A stretch of DNA of 64,000 nucleotides from a virus, in IMG/VR virus record IMGVR_UViG_3300043122_000050. One strand, 5' to 3'. Positions 8,231-15,961 of the stretch are shown here, piece by piece (positions within the stretch are counted from its first letter, which is position 1; each line of letters begins with the position of its first letter). Below the pieces are notes generated by a model. That model worked only from the letters and a program-made list of their open reading frames with translations, did not search any database and was not told where the DNA came from. The position numbers and the translations under genes are program-made.

Positions 8231-8677
8231 ATGTCTGTCAAAAATGGGATGTGGAAAGAACGTGGTGGTGTCTTGCTGCCGATTGTCCGATACCAACAAA
8301 CAATAAAAGAGTTTGTTCCATACTGCGAGGAGATGCATAAGTTTAATTTCATCTGGCCTTTCCCGGAAGTTGTGACCTTAGCAGGATCACAGCAAGTATG
8401 TGTAATTGCATACCCAACAAGTTACGCATTTCGTCAACGTGAGAAAGTATTGAAAGCACAAGGTTGGCATAATACAGGGCCAATGAGAGAAAAGAATTGT
8501 TTTGTATTTGCTAAGAAAGTTGTTGAAGGAAATAACTTAGAGAAAACAAACAGCCCAATACGAATTGCATTAAACTTTGATGGTCGTTGGTTTATCTGGA
8601 TTGATATGGGAATGAGTGAAGATAAAACGGTAGATCAGTTTAAGATGATTGTAAACATGTTGGAGACTGTCTTATAA
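8231..8677 (+). CDS. Hypothetical early protein, 148 aa
   Basis: GGAGGGG RBS. It is the first gene after the strong promoter. Confidence 0.7.
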   Translation: MSVKNGMWKERGGVLLPIVRYQQTIKEFVPYCEEMHKFNFIWPFPEVVTLAGSQQVCVIAYPTSYAFRQREKVLKAQGWHNTGPMREKNCFVFAKKVVEGNNLEKTNSPIRIALNFDGRWFIWIDMGMSEDKTVDQFKMIVNMLETVL

Positions 8678-8679
8678 TT

Positions 8680-8880
8680 TAGGAGTTGTTGTATATAATA
8701 ATATAAGTAATACAAGATAATCTTTTAATACTAGAATAATAAATATAATTCTTATATTTACTAAATAATATTACTTATAGGGTATAATTCTTTAAGTATG
8801 TATAATATATTATTTAATAATAATATAGATATATAATACTTTAATATAAGATCAAGATCAAAAGCTTTTAAAGCTTATTC
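8680..8880. other. Extremely AT-rich non-coding block packed with TATAAT/ATAATA-like words
   Basis: About 200 bp with very few G or C and no ORF. Possible DNA-unwinding element, curved DNA or a promoter cluster. Confidence 0.5.
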
Positions 8881-8982
8881 TACACTAGATTTCTGATTTG
8901 TCAATAGGAGATTTAGAAATATTTCTGTATTGGCTGAAGTTCAGTAAAATCAAGGCTTGTAGACGTATTCAGCAGATTTCTC

Positions 8983-9010
8983 TTGACAACAGAGATTTCT
9001 GTGGTAGGCT
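8983..9010 (+). promoter_or_regulatory. Promoter candidate (TTGACA, 16 nt, TGgTAGGCT extended -10) flanked by AGATTTCT motif copies
   Basis: TTGACA at 8983-8988 and TAGGCT at 9005-9010 with TG at 9002-9003. Motif copies at 8973-8982 and 8992-9002. Confidence 0.45.
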
Positions 9011-9040
9011 TGTCTCATTGGTTCGTATTAGGAGGGTTTT

Positions 9041-9244
9041 ATGGAAATTAAAGATACTAATAGCTATGCTTCCTTAAATTGGAATGGAACTAGGACTAAG
9101 TTGGAGGTACTAACCATAGATGGCAGGTTAGTCCTCAAGGGGCCAAGCAGTAATGTTGAAGGAGATGACGACTATTTCGTGAAGATTAGTGATCCTGTTA
9201 CACTAGAGCATGTATTGAATATCCTGAATATGATGGAGGGATAA
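9041..9244 (+). CDS. Small early protein, 67 aa, C-terminus ..ILNMMEG
   Basis: AGGAGGG RBS. Confidence 0.7.
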   Translation: MEIKDTNSYASLNWNGTRTKLEVLTIDGRLVLKGPSSNVEGDDDYFVKISDPVTLEHVLNILNMMEG

Positions 9245-9246
9245 GA

Positions 9247-9522
9247 ATGAAATATTTTAATGTAAAAGATGTTATAGATAATGAGAGCTGTGTATGTGTT
9301 ACCTTTAAGAAAGGTGATAATTACCAGAGTTTTCTAAACTACTTAAGCTCCCTTAAGGATGATAATAGATATAACGGAGAAGTTGTAGATATTGAAGATT
9401 ATCCATCGTTCAGAAGTAATCATATAGAATACTTCAGTGTGAACAAGGAATATAATTATGCGTATAACTACTTCTTACCGTATTCTGTCGTAAGAGACTA
9501 CTTAAAACTAATGGAGGATTAA
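9247..9522 (+). CDS. Small early protein, paralog family R1 (..F.NYL.S.. and a ..LMED C-terminus)
   Basis: The RBS lies in the preceding gene's C-terminal codons. Clear similarity to 9524..9787. Confidence 0.75.
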   Translation: MKYFNVKDVIDNESCVCVTFKKGDNYQSFLNYLSSLKDDNRYNGEVVDIEDYPSFRSNHIEYFSVNKEYNYAYNYFLPYSVVRDYLKLMED

Positions 9523-9523
9523 T

Positions 9524-9787
9524 ATGAAATATTTTAATAATCACACAACGGAAGATAACCTTGTTTGGGTGGTATTTAAAGAAGAAGATGATAAACAAAC
9601 TTTCTTAAACTACTTAACAAGTATTAGTGAAGATGATAGATATCATTCTGAAGTTGTTCAGCTTGGAGATTACCCTTCCTTTGTAAAGGAATACCAAGAT
9701 TACCTTAACGATGATTATAAGTATGCTTACGCTAACCAAGTACCACAATCTGTAGTTGAAGACTTTATAACTTTAATGGGAGATTAA
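9524..9787 (+). CDS. Small early protein, family R1
   Basis: The N-terminus MKYFN, the FLNYL motif and DYPSF are shared with 9247..9522. Confidence 0.75.
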   Translation: MKYFNNHTTEDNLVWVVFKEEDDKQTFLNYLTSISEDDRYHSEVVQLGDYPSFVKEYQDYLNDDYKYAYANQVPQSVVEDFITLMGD

Positions 9788-9788
9788 T

Positions 9789-9992
9789 ATGCAGAAAACA
9801 ATCTTGTTGACAGACAGCGATGCTAATTCTATAATGGCTCTTGTTGAATACAATCCTGATTACATCCAAGATTTTAAAGTGCTATATGCCACTGTAGAAT
9901 TGAAAGCTAATGGGAATGTGCATTATATTAGTAATCTTGAGATGCTTCGGTTTCAATACTCTGAAGATATTATTAAACAATTGAGGGAATGA
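9789..9992 (+). CDS. Small early protein, 67 aa
   Basis: GGGAGA RBS within the upstream ..LMGD stop region. Confidence 0.7.
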   Translation: MQKTILLTDSDANSIMALVEYNPDYIQDFKVLYATVELKANGNVHYISNLEMLRFQYSEDIIKQLRE

Positions 9993-10261
9993 TTGTGTCT
10001 GAAATTAAAACAATCTATGACAGCGGGGAGCATACTCTTGCTATTTTTAAGAGTGCCTCCACTGCAATTGCATTTGAAAACTACCTAAAATCTCTAGGTA
10101 GTCATACAGGAGAGACAACTAAGGTTAGGTTAATACGTGATTTTAGTGGATATTTATATGAGAGTATTGACAGTCTTGTAGAGGAAGGATATTCTTTTAT
10201 ATATTCAAAGTATATTTACACAAAGACTGTCAAAGACTTTATAAGCTTTATGGAGGACTAA
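9989..10261 (+). CDS. Small early protein, family R1 (..FENYLKSL.., C-terminus ..FISFMED)
   Basis: GAGGGA RBS. ATGA overlap with the upstream gene. Confidence 0.7.
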   Translation: MIVSEIKTIYDSGEHTLAIFKSASTAIAFENYLKSLGSHTGETTKVRLIRDFSGYLYESIDSLVEEGYSFIYSKYIYTKTVKDFISFMED

Positions 10262-10263
10262 TC

Positions 10264-10815
10264 ATGTACGATACAATCCAATTTATTTGTAAATGCATTA
10301 TGCTTGCAGGAACAGCAGCTCTTTCTTGTCAAGCTTTTGATGCCATTATATACAAACGAGAGGTATTTGTAATTGATGCTGTTACATCAGCAGGACAGCC
10401 CTCCATTTCAAAGCAGGAAGAGCTTTCTTGCAGGCAATCAAAGGAATGCTCTACAATGTCTATTGCTGTCTATCACGAAGCAAGAGGGGAAGGGTGGGAT
10501 GGGATGAAAGCTGTTGCCAACGTGATCAAGAATCGTGTAGAATCATCTAAATTCAAGAATACAGTGGTTGATGTTGTTCACCGTCCTTGGCAGTTTTCTT
10601 ATGTGCATGAGCTAGACAATAAAGAGCCTAGAGATTTACGTTCATATAAGAAAGCTTTAATTATTTCACATCGTGTGTTGACAGGGAAGGTGGAAGACAA
10701 TACAATGGGATCAACACATTATCTAGCCCCCAAGAAGCTGAAGAAGCTCCCTCGTTGGGCTAATGAATTTGAACGTACAGTGGCTATCAATAACCACGTG
10801 TTCTTTAGGGGGTAG
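10264..10815 (+). CDS. SleB-like cell-wall hydrolase with an N-terminal signal/anchor
   Basis: The segment VYHEARGEG..GMKAVANVIKNRV...WQFS resembles the SleB/CwlJ (Hydrolase_2) core. The N-terminus is hydrophobic. Confidence 0.65.
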   Translation: MYDTIQFICKCIMLAGTAALSCQAFDAIIYKREVFVIDAVTSAGQPSISKQEELSCRQSKECSTMSIAVYHEARGEGWDGMKAVANVIKNRVESSKFKNTVVDVVHRPWQFSYVHELDNKEPRDLRSYKKALIISHRVLTGKVEDNTMGSTHYLAPKKLKKLPRWANEFERTVAINNHVFFRG

Positions 10816-10819
10816 TTAT

Positions 10820-11080
10820 ATGGATTCAAATGCTTTAGTCCTATTCAAGTGGGTAGGCAATAATAGGGAAGACACAGCTTTTCCTTCTCACGAAGTTGCT
10901 CAGCTATTTTGTAACTGGATAAACACCAAAGACGGGGTAGATACTGAAGTATCTGATTGGGACTTGCCAGAACAAATGAAGGGTGCGTTCGGTATAGATA
11001 ACCGCTGGGTAGATTGGTCAGAAGCTAGAGAATTTTCAAACCTATTTGACTTAGAGGTGAAAGAATATGAAAGTGTTTGA
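10820..11080 (+). CDS. Hypothetical protein, 86 aa. Start moved to the ATG at 10820
   Basis: GGGGG RBS 7 nt upstream. The track's start at 10763 lies inside the previous gene. Confidence 0.6.
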   Translation: MDSNALVLFKWVGNNREDTAFPSHEVAQLFCNWINTKDGVDTEVSDWDLPEQMKGAFGIDNRWVDWSEAREFSNLFDLEVKEYESV

Positions 11081-11321
11081 AACTCACCCTGGTAGATATG
11101 ATGTTTATTTCAAGACTGAAGATTCTGGTAATCAGTTTGTAAACTTCTTGTATGCTGTCAGTGGCCGTGATTGCATGATTTGTAGTATTGCATACTTTAG
11201 TAACTCAGCTAAGGAGCGTGGGGTGTATGGTAGTCATTTATATACCTTACCCAGATACATTGAAGAAAGTGCTATTACTTCTTATTTAGAACTCTTTCCA
11301 GAGGAGGATGAGTCATGTTAG
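11067..11321 (+). CDS. Small early protein, distant family R1 member
   Basis: GAGGTGAAAG RBS. The FVNFLYAV motif sits at the family position. Confidence 0.6.
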   Translation: MKVFETHPGRYDVYFKTEDSGNQFVNFLYAVSGRDCMICSIAYFSNSAKERGVYGSHLYTLPRYIEESAITSYLELFPEEDESC

Positions 11322-11390
11322 GTTTACAAAGTATTTGCTTTTGGGTGGTGTTTAGTGTATGTTATGTTCTAACAGCTGTGACAATTCCAA

Positions 11391-11678
11391 ATGATTAGGG
11401 TTTGTTTAGGAAGCCAACTTGCCACCTACTTCGACATTCATTCCGATACAGAGGGAGAGATTGAGTTTGCAGTTGTTGCTCTCAATGCCGTATGTCCTGA
11501 TATTGTAGACCGTTGGCGATTAAATGGTGACAACCCCACATTCGATAGTTCTGAATTTGACAGGTGGGAGATTGTGTGGTGTATTGATGATGAGGAAGGG
11601 TGGCCTTTGGCTCACAAGGTTTACAACTACATAAAAGATTTTGAATTCGATGTAGAAATAGTTAAAGAAAAAGCTTGA
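11391..11678 (+). CDS. Hypothetical acidic protein, 95 aa
   Basis: ORF of normal composition. RBS is weak. Confidence 0.55.
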   Translation: MIRVCLGSQLATYFDIHSDTEGEIEFAVVALNAVCPDIVDRWRLNGDNPTFDSSEFDRWEIVWCIDDEEGWPLAHKVYNYIKDFEFDVEIVKEKA

Positions 11679-11702
11679 CCAGATTTAGAAACGCTGTATG
11701 AT
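11675..11702 (+). promoter_or_regulatory. Promoter candidate (TTGACC, 16 nt, TATGAT) upstream of the MoxR-like gene
   Basis: The -35 overlaps the stop codon of 11391..11678. The spacer contains CAGATTTAG. Confidence 0.45.
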
Positions 11703-11759
11703 GACCACAAGCCAAACGAAACAAGGCTTACAAATTAAACTGAATGGAGGATTCAACCA

Positions 11760-12899
11760 ATGATCAAATGCACTTTTAGCCAACTCAAAACCCTTCTGCC
11801 TCTCTACATTAAAGCGGATAAGCCAGTCATTCTTTGGGGCGGGCCTGGCGAAGGCAAATCGGGCTTCATTCGCTCCATTGTTGAGAAGATGGAGTATGAT
11901 CTACAAGACTTCCGCTTGCTGATGCGTGACGCTGTTGATATCCACGGCTTGCCTAAGATGAATGAAGCTGGCCGTATGGGTTGGGCTTTGCCAGAAGAGA
12001 TGCCTCTGGCTTCTGACAATATCACTAAGCCACGTGTAATGTTCCTTGATGAATTGCCAGCAGCTCCAACAAACGTACAGACTGTTGCATACCAGATGCT
12101 CCACGAACGTGCAATTGATAACGTAAAGCTGCATGAGAATGTTCGCTTTATCGCAGCAGGTAACCGTGAACGTGATGGTGCTGTAAGCAATCGTATGCCA
12201 ACACCTCTTGCTAATCGCATGGCTCACTTTGATGTTCAAGCTGACATCAAGAGCTTCTTGGAATGGGGTCATCAGAAAGGTATTCACCCGTTTGTTCTGG
12301 CTCACTTGGAAAACAGTCCACAAGATTTGCGTGTAAGTGATGAGAAGGAATACACCACTAGCAAGGCTTTCCGTAGCCCACGTGCTTGGGAATATGCAAG
12401 TGATGTTATTCATGAAGCAATGCGTGGTACTGACACTATCACTGAAACTCAGATTAACTTGATGGGTGATATTGTAGGCAGCTTTGTAGGTACGCCTACA
12501 GCTGCCAACTTCACTGGTTATCTAGCTGTTGGTAGTAAGCTCCCACGTCCACAGGACATTGTGAGTGGTAAGGCTAAAGCACAGAAGTTTGAGCTTCACG
12601 AAGCGTTCTTTATCTCCTGTGGTGTACTGGCTCATTTGAGCGAGCATCGTAAGCATGTAGAGATTAAGGAAGGCACTAACTACCACATGGATGATAAGTT
12701 CACCAAAGCTGTTGATAATACCTTACACTTCGTACAGGACAACTTTGATGCTGAAGTGCTTGCTAGCTTTATTACGCGGTTTGTGGGGCGAGAGGCATAT
12801 AGCTTTAGCTTCAACCCTACCAGTGCAATTCAGAAGCAGTTCGCTCGTTGGGTGTTTGGTGGTGCTAGCGGGGAAGCTCGGCTCATCTATGCAAACTAA
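11760..12899 (+). CDS. MoxR/CobS-like AAA+ ATPase (AAA_5 type)
   Basis: Walker A GGPGEGKS and Walker B VMFLDELP, followed by AAGNRE and the MPTPLANRM region typical of MoxR-type ATPases. Confidence 0.8.
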   Translation: MIKCTFSQLKTLLPLYIKADKPVILWGGPGEGKSGFIRSIVEKMEYDLQDFRLLMRDAVDIHGLPKMNEAGRMGWALPEEMPLASDNITKPRVMFLDELPAAPTNVQTVAYQMLHERAIDNVKLHENVRFIAAGNRERDGAVSNRMPTPLANRMAHFDVQADIKSFLEWGHQKGIHPFVLAHLENSPQDLRVSDEKEYTTSKAFRSPRAWEYASDVIHEAMRGTDTITETQINLMGDIVGSFVGTPTAANFTGYLAVGSKLPRPQDIVSGKAKAQKFELHEAFFISCGVLAHLSEHRKHVEIKEGTNYHMDDKFTKAVDNTLHFVQDNFDAEVLASFITRFVGREAYSFSFNPTSAIQKQFARWVFGGASGEARLIYAN

Positions 12900-12915
12900 T
12901 ATATAACTTAATTAG

Positions 12916-12936
12916 GGGACGCATTGCGTCCCTTTT
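12916..12936 (+). terminator. Rho-independent terminator
   Basis: GGGACGC-ATT-GCGTCCC stem-loop followed by TTTT. Confidence 0.75.
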
Positions 12937-12951
12937 CTTATTGGAGAAAAT

Positions 12952-13587
12952 ATGAAAGAAAGTAAAAGAGCCGTAGGGTTTAATGATGCGGATTATGTCG
13001 TAGTTAGAAAGATAACGGTTGGGTATAAAAATGGTAAGAGAGTTAGAAAAATACTCTGGACTTGTCCTTACTACAGAACTTGGTCTAATATGATAAGTAG
13101 GTGTTACAATAATAAGGCTCTAGATTTACAGCCTTCATATAAAGGGTGCTCTGTTTGTGATCAGTGGTTACTGTTTAGTAATTTTAGAGCATGGATGGAA
13201 ACACAGGATTGGGAAGGGAAACATCTGGATAAAGATTTACTTGTAAGAGGGAATAAAATATATAGACCAGACACTTGTGTTTTTATTAGTGCTAATCTAA
13301 ATACCTTCTTGACAGATTCTTCTGCTTGCAGGGGAGAGTATCCTATAGGGGTATCTTATAAAAAGAAGCCGAAGGATATGATAAATGACCACTCTAAACC
13401 TTACACAGCACAAATAAGCCTTGGTAAAGGGTCTAAGTACATTGGATTATTCGCCACACCAGAAAAAGCTCACCAAGCTTGGTTGACAGCGAAGCTGGAA
13501 CAAGCTAAGATTCTTGCAGCAGAGCAATCTGATCCTAGAGTTGCTAAAGCTTTGGTTGGTAGGTACGAGAATTACACGGAGGATTAA
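12952..13587 (+). CDS. Free-standing homing-endonuclease-like protein with an AP2-type DNA-binding domain
   Basis: GVSYKK....YTAQISLGKGSKYIGLFATPEKAHQAW resembles an AP2 domain. The Cys-rich N-terminal half is common in phage HEG-like proteins. Confidence 0.55.
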   Translation: MKESKRAVGFNDADYVVVRKITVGYKNGKRVRKILWTCPYYRTWSNMISRCYNNKALDLQPSYKGCSVCDQWLLFSNFRAWMETQDWEGKHLDKDLLVRGNKIYRPDTCVFISANLNTFLTDSSACRGEYPIGVSYKKKPKDMINDHSKPYTAQISLGKGSKYIGLFATPEKAHQAWLTAKLEQAKILAAEQSDPRVAKALVGRYENYTED

Positions 13588-13588
13588 A

Positions 13589-13843
13589 ATGACTTTCAAA
13601 CATAAGGCTATACTCCCTAAAGTGGAAGATTGTAATTACCAATATAATACTGACACTGGTGAAGATACACAGACGTGGAACTTGGATGGATATTGTGATG
13701 AGCAAAATAATCCAGACGAAATCTTCTATCTGGGGTTTGATGACGTTATGTCAGCAGATGATAAAGAGGGGTTTCTGTTGATGTGCTCAGAGAATGAGTT
13801 AGTGCAGCTAATCAACCACTTACGAATGATTAGGGGAATTTAA
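13589..13843 (+). CDS. Small protein, paralog family R2 (C-terminus ..LINHLRMIRGI). Start moved to 13589
   Basis: GGAGGA RBS 5 nt upstream of the ATG at 13589. Confidence 0.65.
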   Translation: MTFKHKAILPKVEDCNYQYNTDTGEDTQTWNLDGYCDEQNNPDEIFYLGFDDVMSADDKEGFLLMCSENELVQLINHLRMIRGI

Positions 13844-13844
13844 G

Positions 13845-14096
13845 ATGACTGAACTACCAGTGTTTATCACTAGGATTGAATGCAGTGAGGATGCAAGCCA
13901 TATTCAATACGGGAGACATATGATTGCTCAACCCTCCTCAATGAGCCTTACTCTAGAGGGTTATTTCTCTGTAGATCACCAGTTAGGCTGCTTAATGCTC
14001 AGAGGACACCTAGGAGCAGGAACAGCATTCTTGCTTTCTTGTACAGAAGATGAGATGATTATGGTTCAGAATTTACTAGAGACAATTAGGAGTTGA
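13845..14096 (+). CDS. Small protein, family R2 (..FLLSCTEDEMIMVQNLLETIRS)
   Basis: The C-terminal block is shared with the neighbouring genes. The RBS lies in the upstream stop region. Confidence 0.7.
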   Translation: MTELPVFITRIECSEDASHIQYGRHMIAQPSSMSLTLEGYFSVDHQLGCLMLRGHLGAGTAFLLSCTEDEMIMVQNLLETIRS

Positions 14097-14097
14097 T

Positions 14098-14322
14098 ATG
14101 GCCGAGAAAAGATATGCACTAACTTGTCTTGAAGATGTCAAAGAAGGTCGTAACCACTTCAGGCTGGATAGAGGTGAAATCTCTAACCCGAAGATTACTT
14201 ACTTCGACATAATGTCTACGTGGTATCCAACTGCCCTTAAAAGCCCAGATTTCACCCTTGTGGTTGTGAAGGCAGAAGAATTTGAATCTGTTAAAAACTT
14301 TCTACTAACTTTGAGAGGATGA
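14098..14322 (+). CDS. Small protein, family R2 (..EEFESVKNFLLTLRG)
   Basis: Same C-terminal block. AGGAG RBS. Confidence 0.7.
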   Translation: MAEKRYALTCLEDVKEGRNHFRLDRGEISNPKITYFDIMSTWYPTALKSPDFTLVVVKAEEFESVKNFLLTLRG

Positions 14323-14323
14323 T

Positions 14324-14533
14324 ATGGAGTGTGATGCAGAGCTTACTTTCAAGATTGGAGGGTGTTACCAGTTACAGGAATTTACTGTAGGTGACTAAGG
14401 ATTTAATTTCCGTTTTCTAGGGAGTGATGGGTATAATCAGTATGTCAATAGTAAACAGGAGTACGCACTTATATACGCCAGAGGAGAAGAGATAGAGATT
14501 GTTAAAAACTTCTTGACAACCATCCGTTCGTGA
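14324..14533 (+). pseudogene. Fourth family R2 copy, interrupted by an in-frame TAA (14396-14398)
   Basis: It reads MECDAELTFKIGGCYQLQEFTVGD*GFNF...EEIEIVKNFLTTIRS in one frame, so the family C-terminus is retained after the stop. Confidence 0.55.
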
Positions 14534-14541
14534 TGTACAAT
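14513..14541 (+). promoter_or_regulatory. Strong sigma70-type promoter (TTGACA, 17 nt, TACAAT) embedded in the pseudogene's 3' end
   Basis: Consensus -35 at 14513-14518 and -10 at 14536-14541. It lies 33 nt upstream of the gene at 14575. Confidence 0.6.
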
Positions 14542-14574
14542 CTCAGCACATACAGACAATTGGAGGACTAGGTT

Positions 14575-15729
14575 ATGTCAAATTTCACTACAATGGAGCG
14601 TCTTCAGATTGCTCGTATCAAGCTTCAGCGCCAGGCTCCTTTCTATGGCTTCCTTGCATTACAGCTCAAGCTTATTGAGCAATCATCTGTAGGCACTGCT
14701 GGTGTAGACAGTAAAGGGCGTATGTATTATGCTCCGGAGTTCATTGATAAGCTGGATACAGAAGAGCTTGTATTCTTGTTTGCTCACGAGCTTGGCCACT
14801 TGGTATTTGATCACATCACCCGTAAAGGTAGTCGTAACCACATGCTTTGGAATATGGCTGGTGACTATGTTATCAACCTCACTCTTGAGAAAGACAGTGT
14901 TGGTAAATTCATTGAAGGTGGTTTGAAGGATGACAAATATAAAGGTATGACTGCTGATGAAGTGTATGAGCTTCTGAAGAAGGATATGGAGCAAGCCATG
15001 AAAGATTACCAGAAGTCTCAAGAATCTGGTGGCTCTGACAGCCATGAGATGTGGGGTGATGGAGAGATGACAGAGGAAGAGAAGCAAGCTGTAAGCAAGA
15101 AGTGGCAACAGGCTGCTGTCTCTGCTGCACACGCTGCTAAAGCTGCTGGTAAAGAGGTTCCTGAAGCTTTCCGTGGTTTGATTGCTGAGCTGACAGAGGG
15201 GAAGATTAGCTGGCGTGACCTTGTACGTGAAAAGATCAAGGCTCAGAACAAAGAAGAACAAACTTGGTCTAAGGTGAATCGTCGTCGTCAGCTTGGTCAA
15301 TTCAACGCACCGGGTCAGGCTCCGGGGGAGAAAGTAAGCTTCCTTGTAGCTCTAGACGTATCAGGGAGCTTCACTCAACAGATGGTGAATGATGCTATGT
15401 CTGAGGTGTATAGTGCTACTCGTGAGTTTGAGGAAGTGACTATTGATGTACTACAATGGGATACTCGATGCTATGCTCATAAAGTGTTTACACAGGATAA
15501 TGCTGAAGAGATGCTTCAATATCAAATTGAGGGCGGTGGTGGTACGGATATCACTTGCTTACATGAATGGTTGATTAATGAGCGTAAAGAGCCTGCACAA
15601 ATCTTTGTGTTCACAGATTTGTATTTCACCTACATCCCTGATCATGGTATTGCCCCTACAACATTCATTGTCATTGGGAATGATACTGCTCCTCCTTATG
15701 GTGAGGCTGTGATTTATGATGAAATGTAA
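14575..15729 (+). CDS. vWA-domain protein with an N-terminal HExxH metallopeptidase-like domain (DUF2201-type partner of MoxR ATPases)
   Basis: HELGH zinc motif (FAHELGHLVFDH) in the N-terminal half. MIDAS-like DVSGS (VALDVSGSF) in the C-terminal half. Confidence 0.75.
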   Translation: MSNFTTMERLQIARIKLQRQAPFYGFLALQLKLIEQSSVGTAGVDSKGRMYYAPEFIDKLDTEELVFLFAHELGHLVFDHITRKGSRNHMLWNMAGDYVINLTLEKDSVGKFIEGGLKDDKYKGMTADEVYELLKKDMEQAMKDYQKSQESGGSDSHEMWGDGEMTEEEKQAVSKKWQQAAVSAAHAAKAAGKEVPEAFRGLIAELTEGKISWRDLVREKIKAQNKEEQTWSKVNRRRQLGQFNAPGQAPGEKVSFLVALDVSGSFTQQMVNDAMSEVYSATREFEEVTIDVLQWDTRCYAHKVFTQDNAEEMLQYQIEGGGGTDITCLHEWLINERKEPAQIFVFTDLYFTYIPDHGIAPTTFIVIGNDTAPPYGEAVIYDEM

Positions 15730-15961
15730 GATTAAAACTAATGAAAAGTACGACGATTATCCACACAAAGTTTTTGGGGTAGGTAGGGAGACATCAATGC
15801 TATTACAGAACTTCCTCAATACGCTTGCAATCTCAGATGTTCCTTTGAATGTGGATACCCTTGAAGAGGTTCACTGTTTATGGATTAGTGATGCTGAATA
15901 TAAAGCTCTGTTGGATAACGCAGAGCTTCTTGGTATTAAGTTTATTGTGGAGGGAGCATGA
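15716..15961 (+). CDS. Small protein, paralog family R3 (..LLGI.. near the C-terminus)
   Basis: KALLDNAELLGIKFIVEG resembles the ends of the next two genes. Confidence 0.65.
   Translation: MMKCKIKTNEKYDDYPHKVFGVGRETSMLLQNFLNTLAISDVPLNVDTLEEVHCLWISDAEYKALLDNAELLGIKFIVEGA

Noticed and set aside
8115-8352. Track ORFs 8115..8306 (+), 8129..8338 (-) and 8146..8352 (-) in the early promoter region
   Set aside because: They overlap the consensus promoter and the well-supported gene at 8231. They have no RBS and are likely spurious.
11315-11398. 27-aa hydrophobic mini-ORF (MLGLQSICFWVVFSVCYVLTAVTIPND) with a strong GAGGAGGA RBS
   Set aside because: It is plausible, but too short to support from sequence alone. 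The RBS may be a coincidence of the upstream ..PEEDESC codons.
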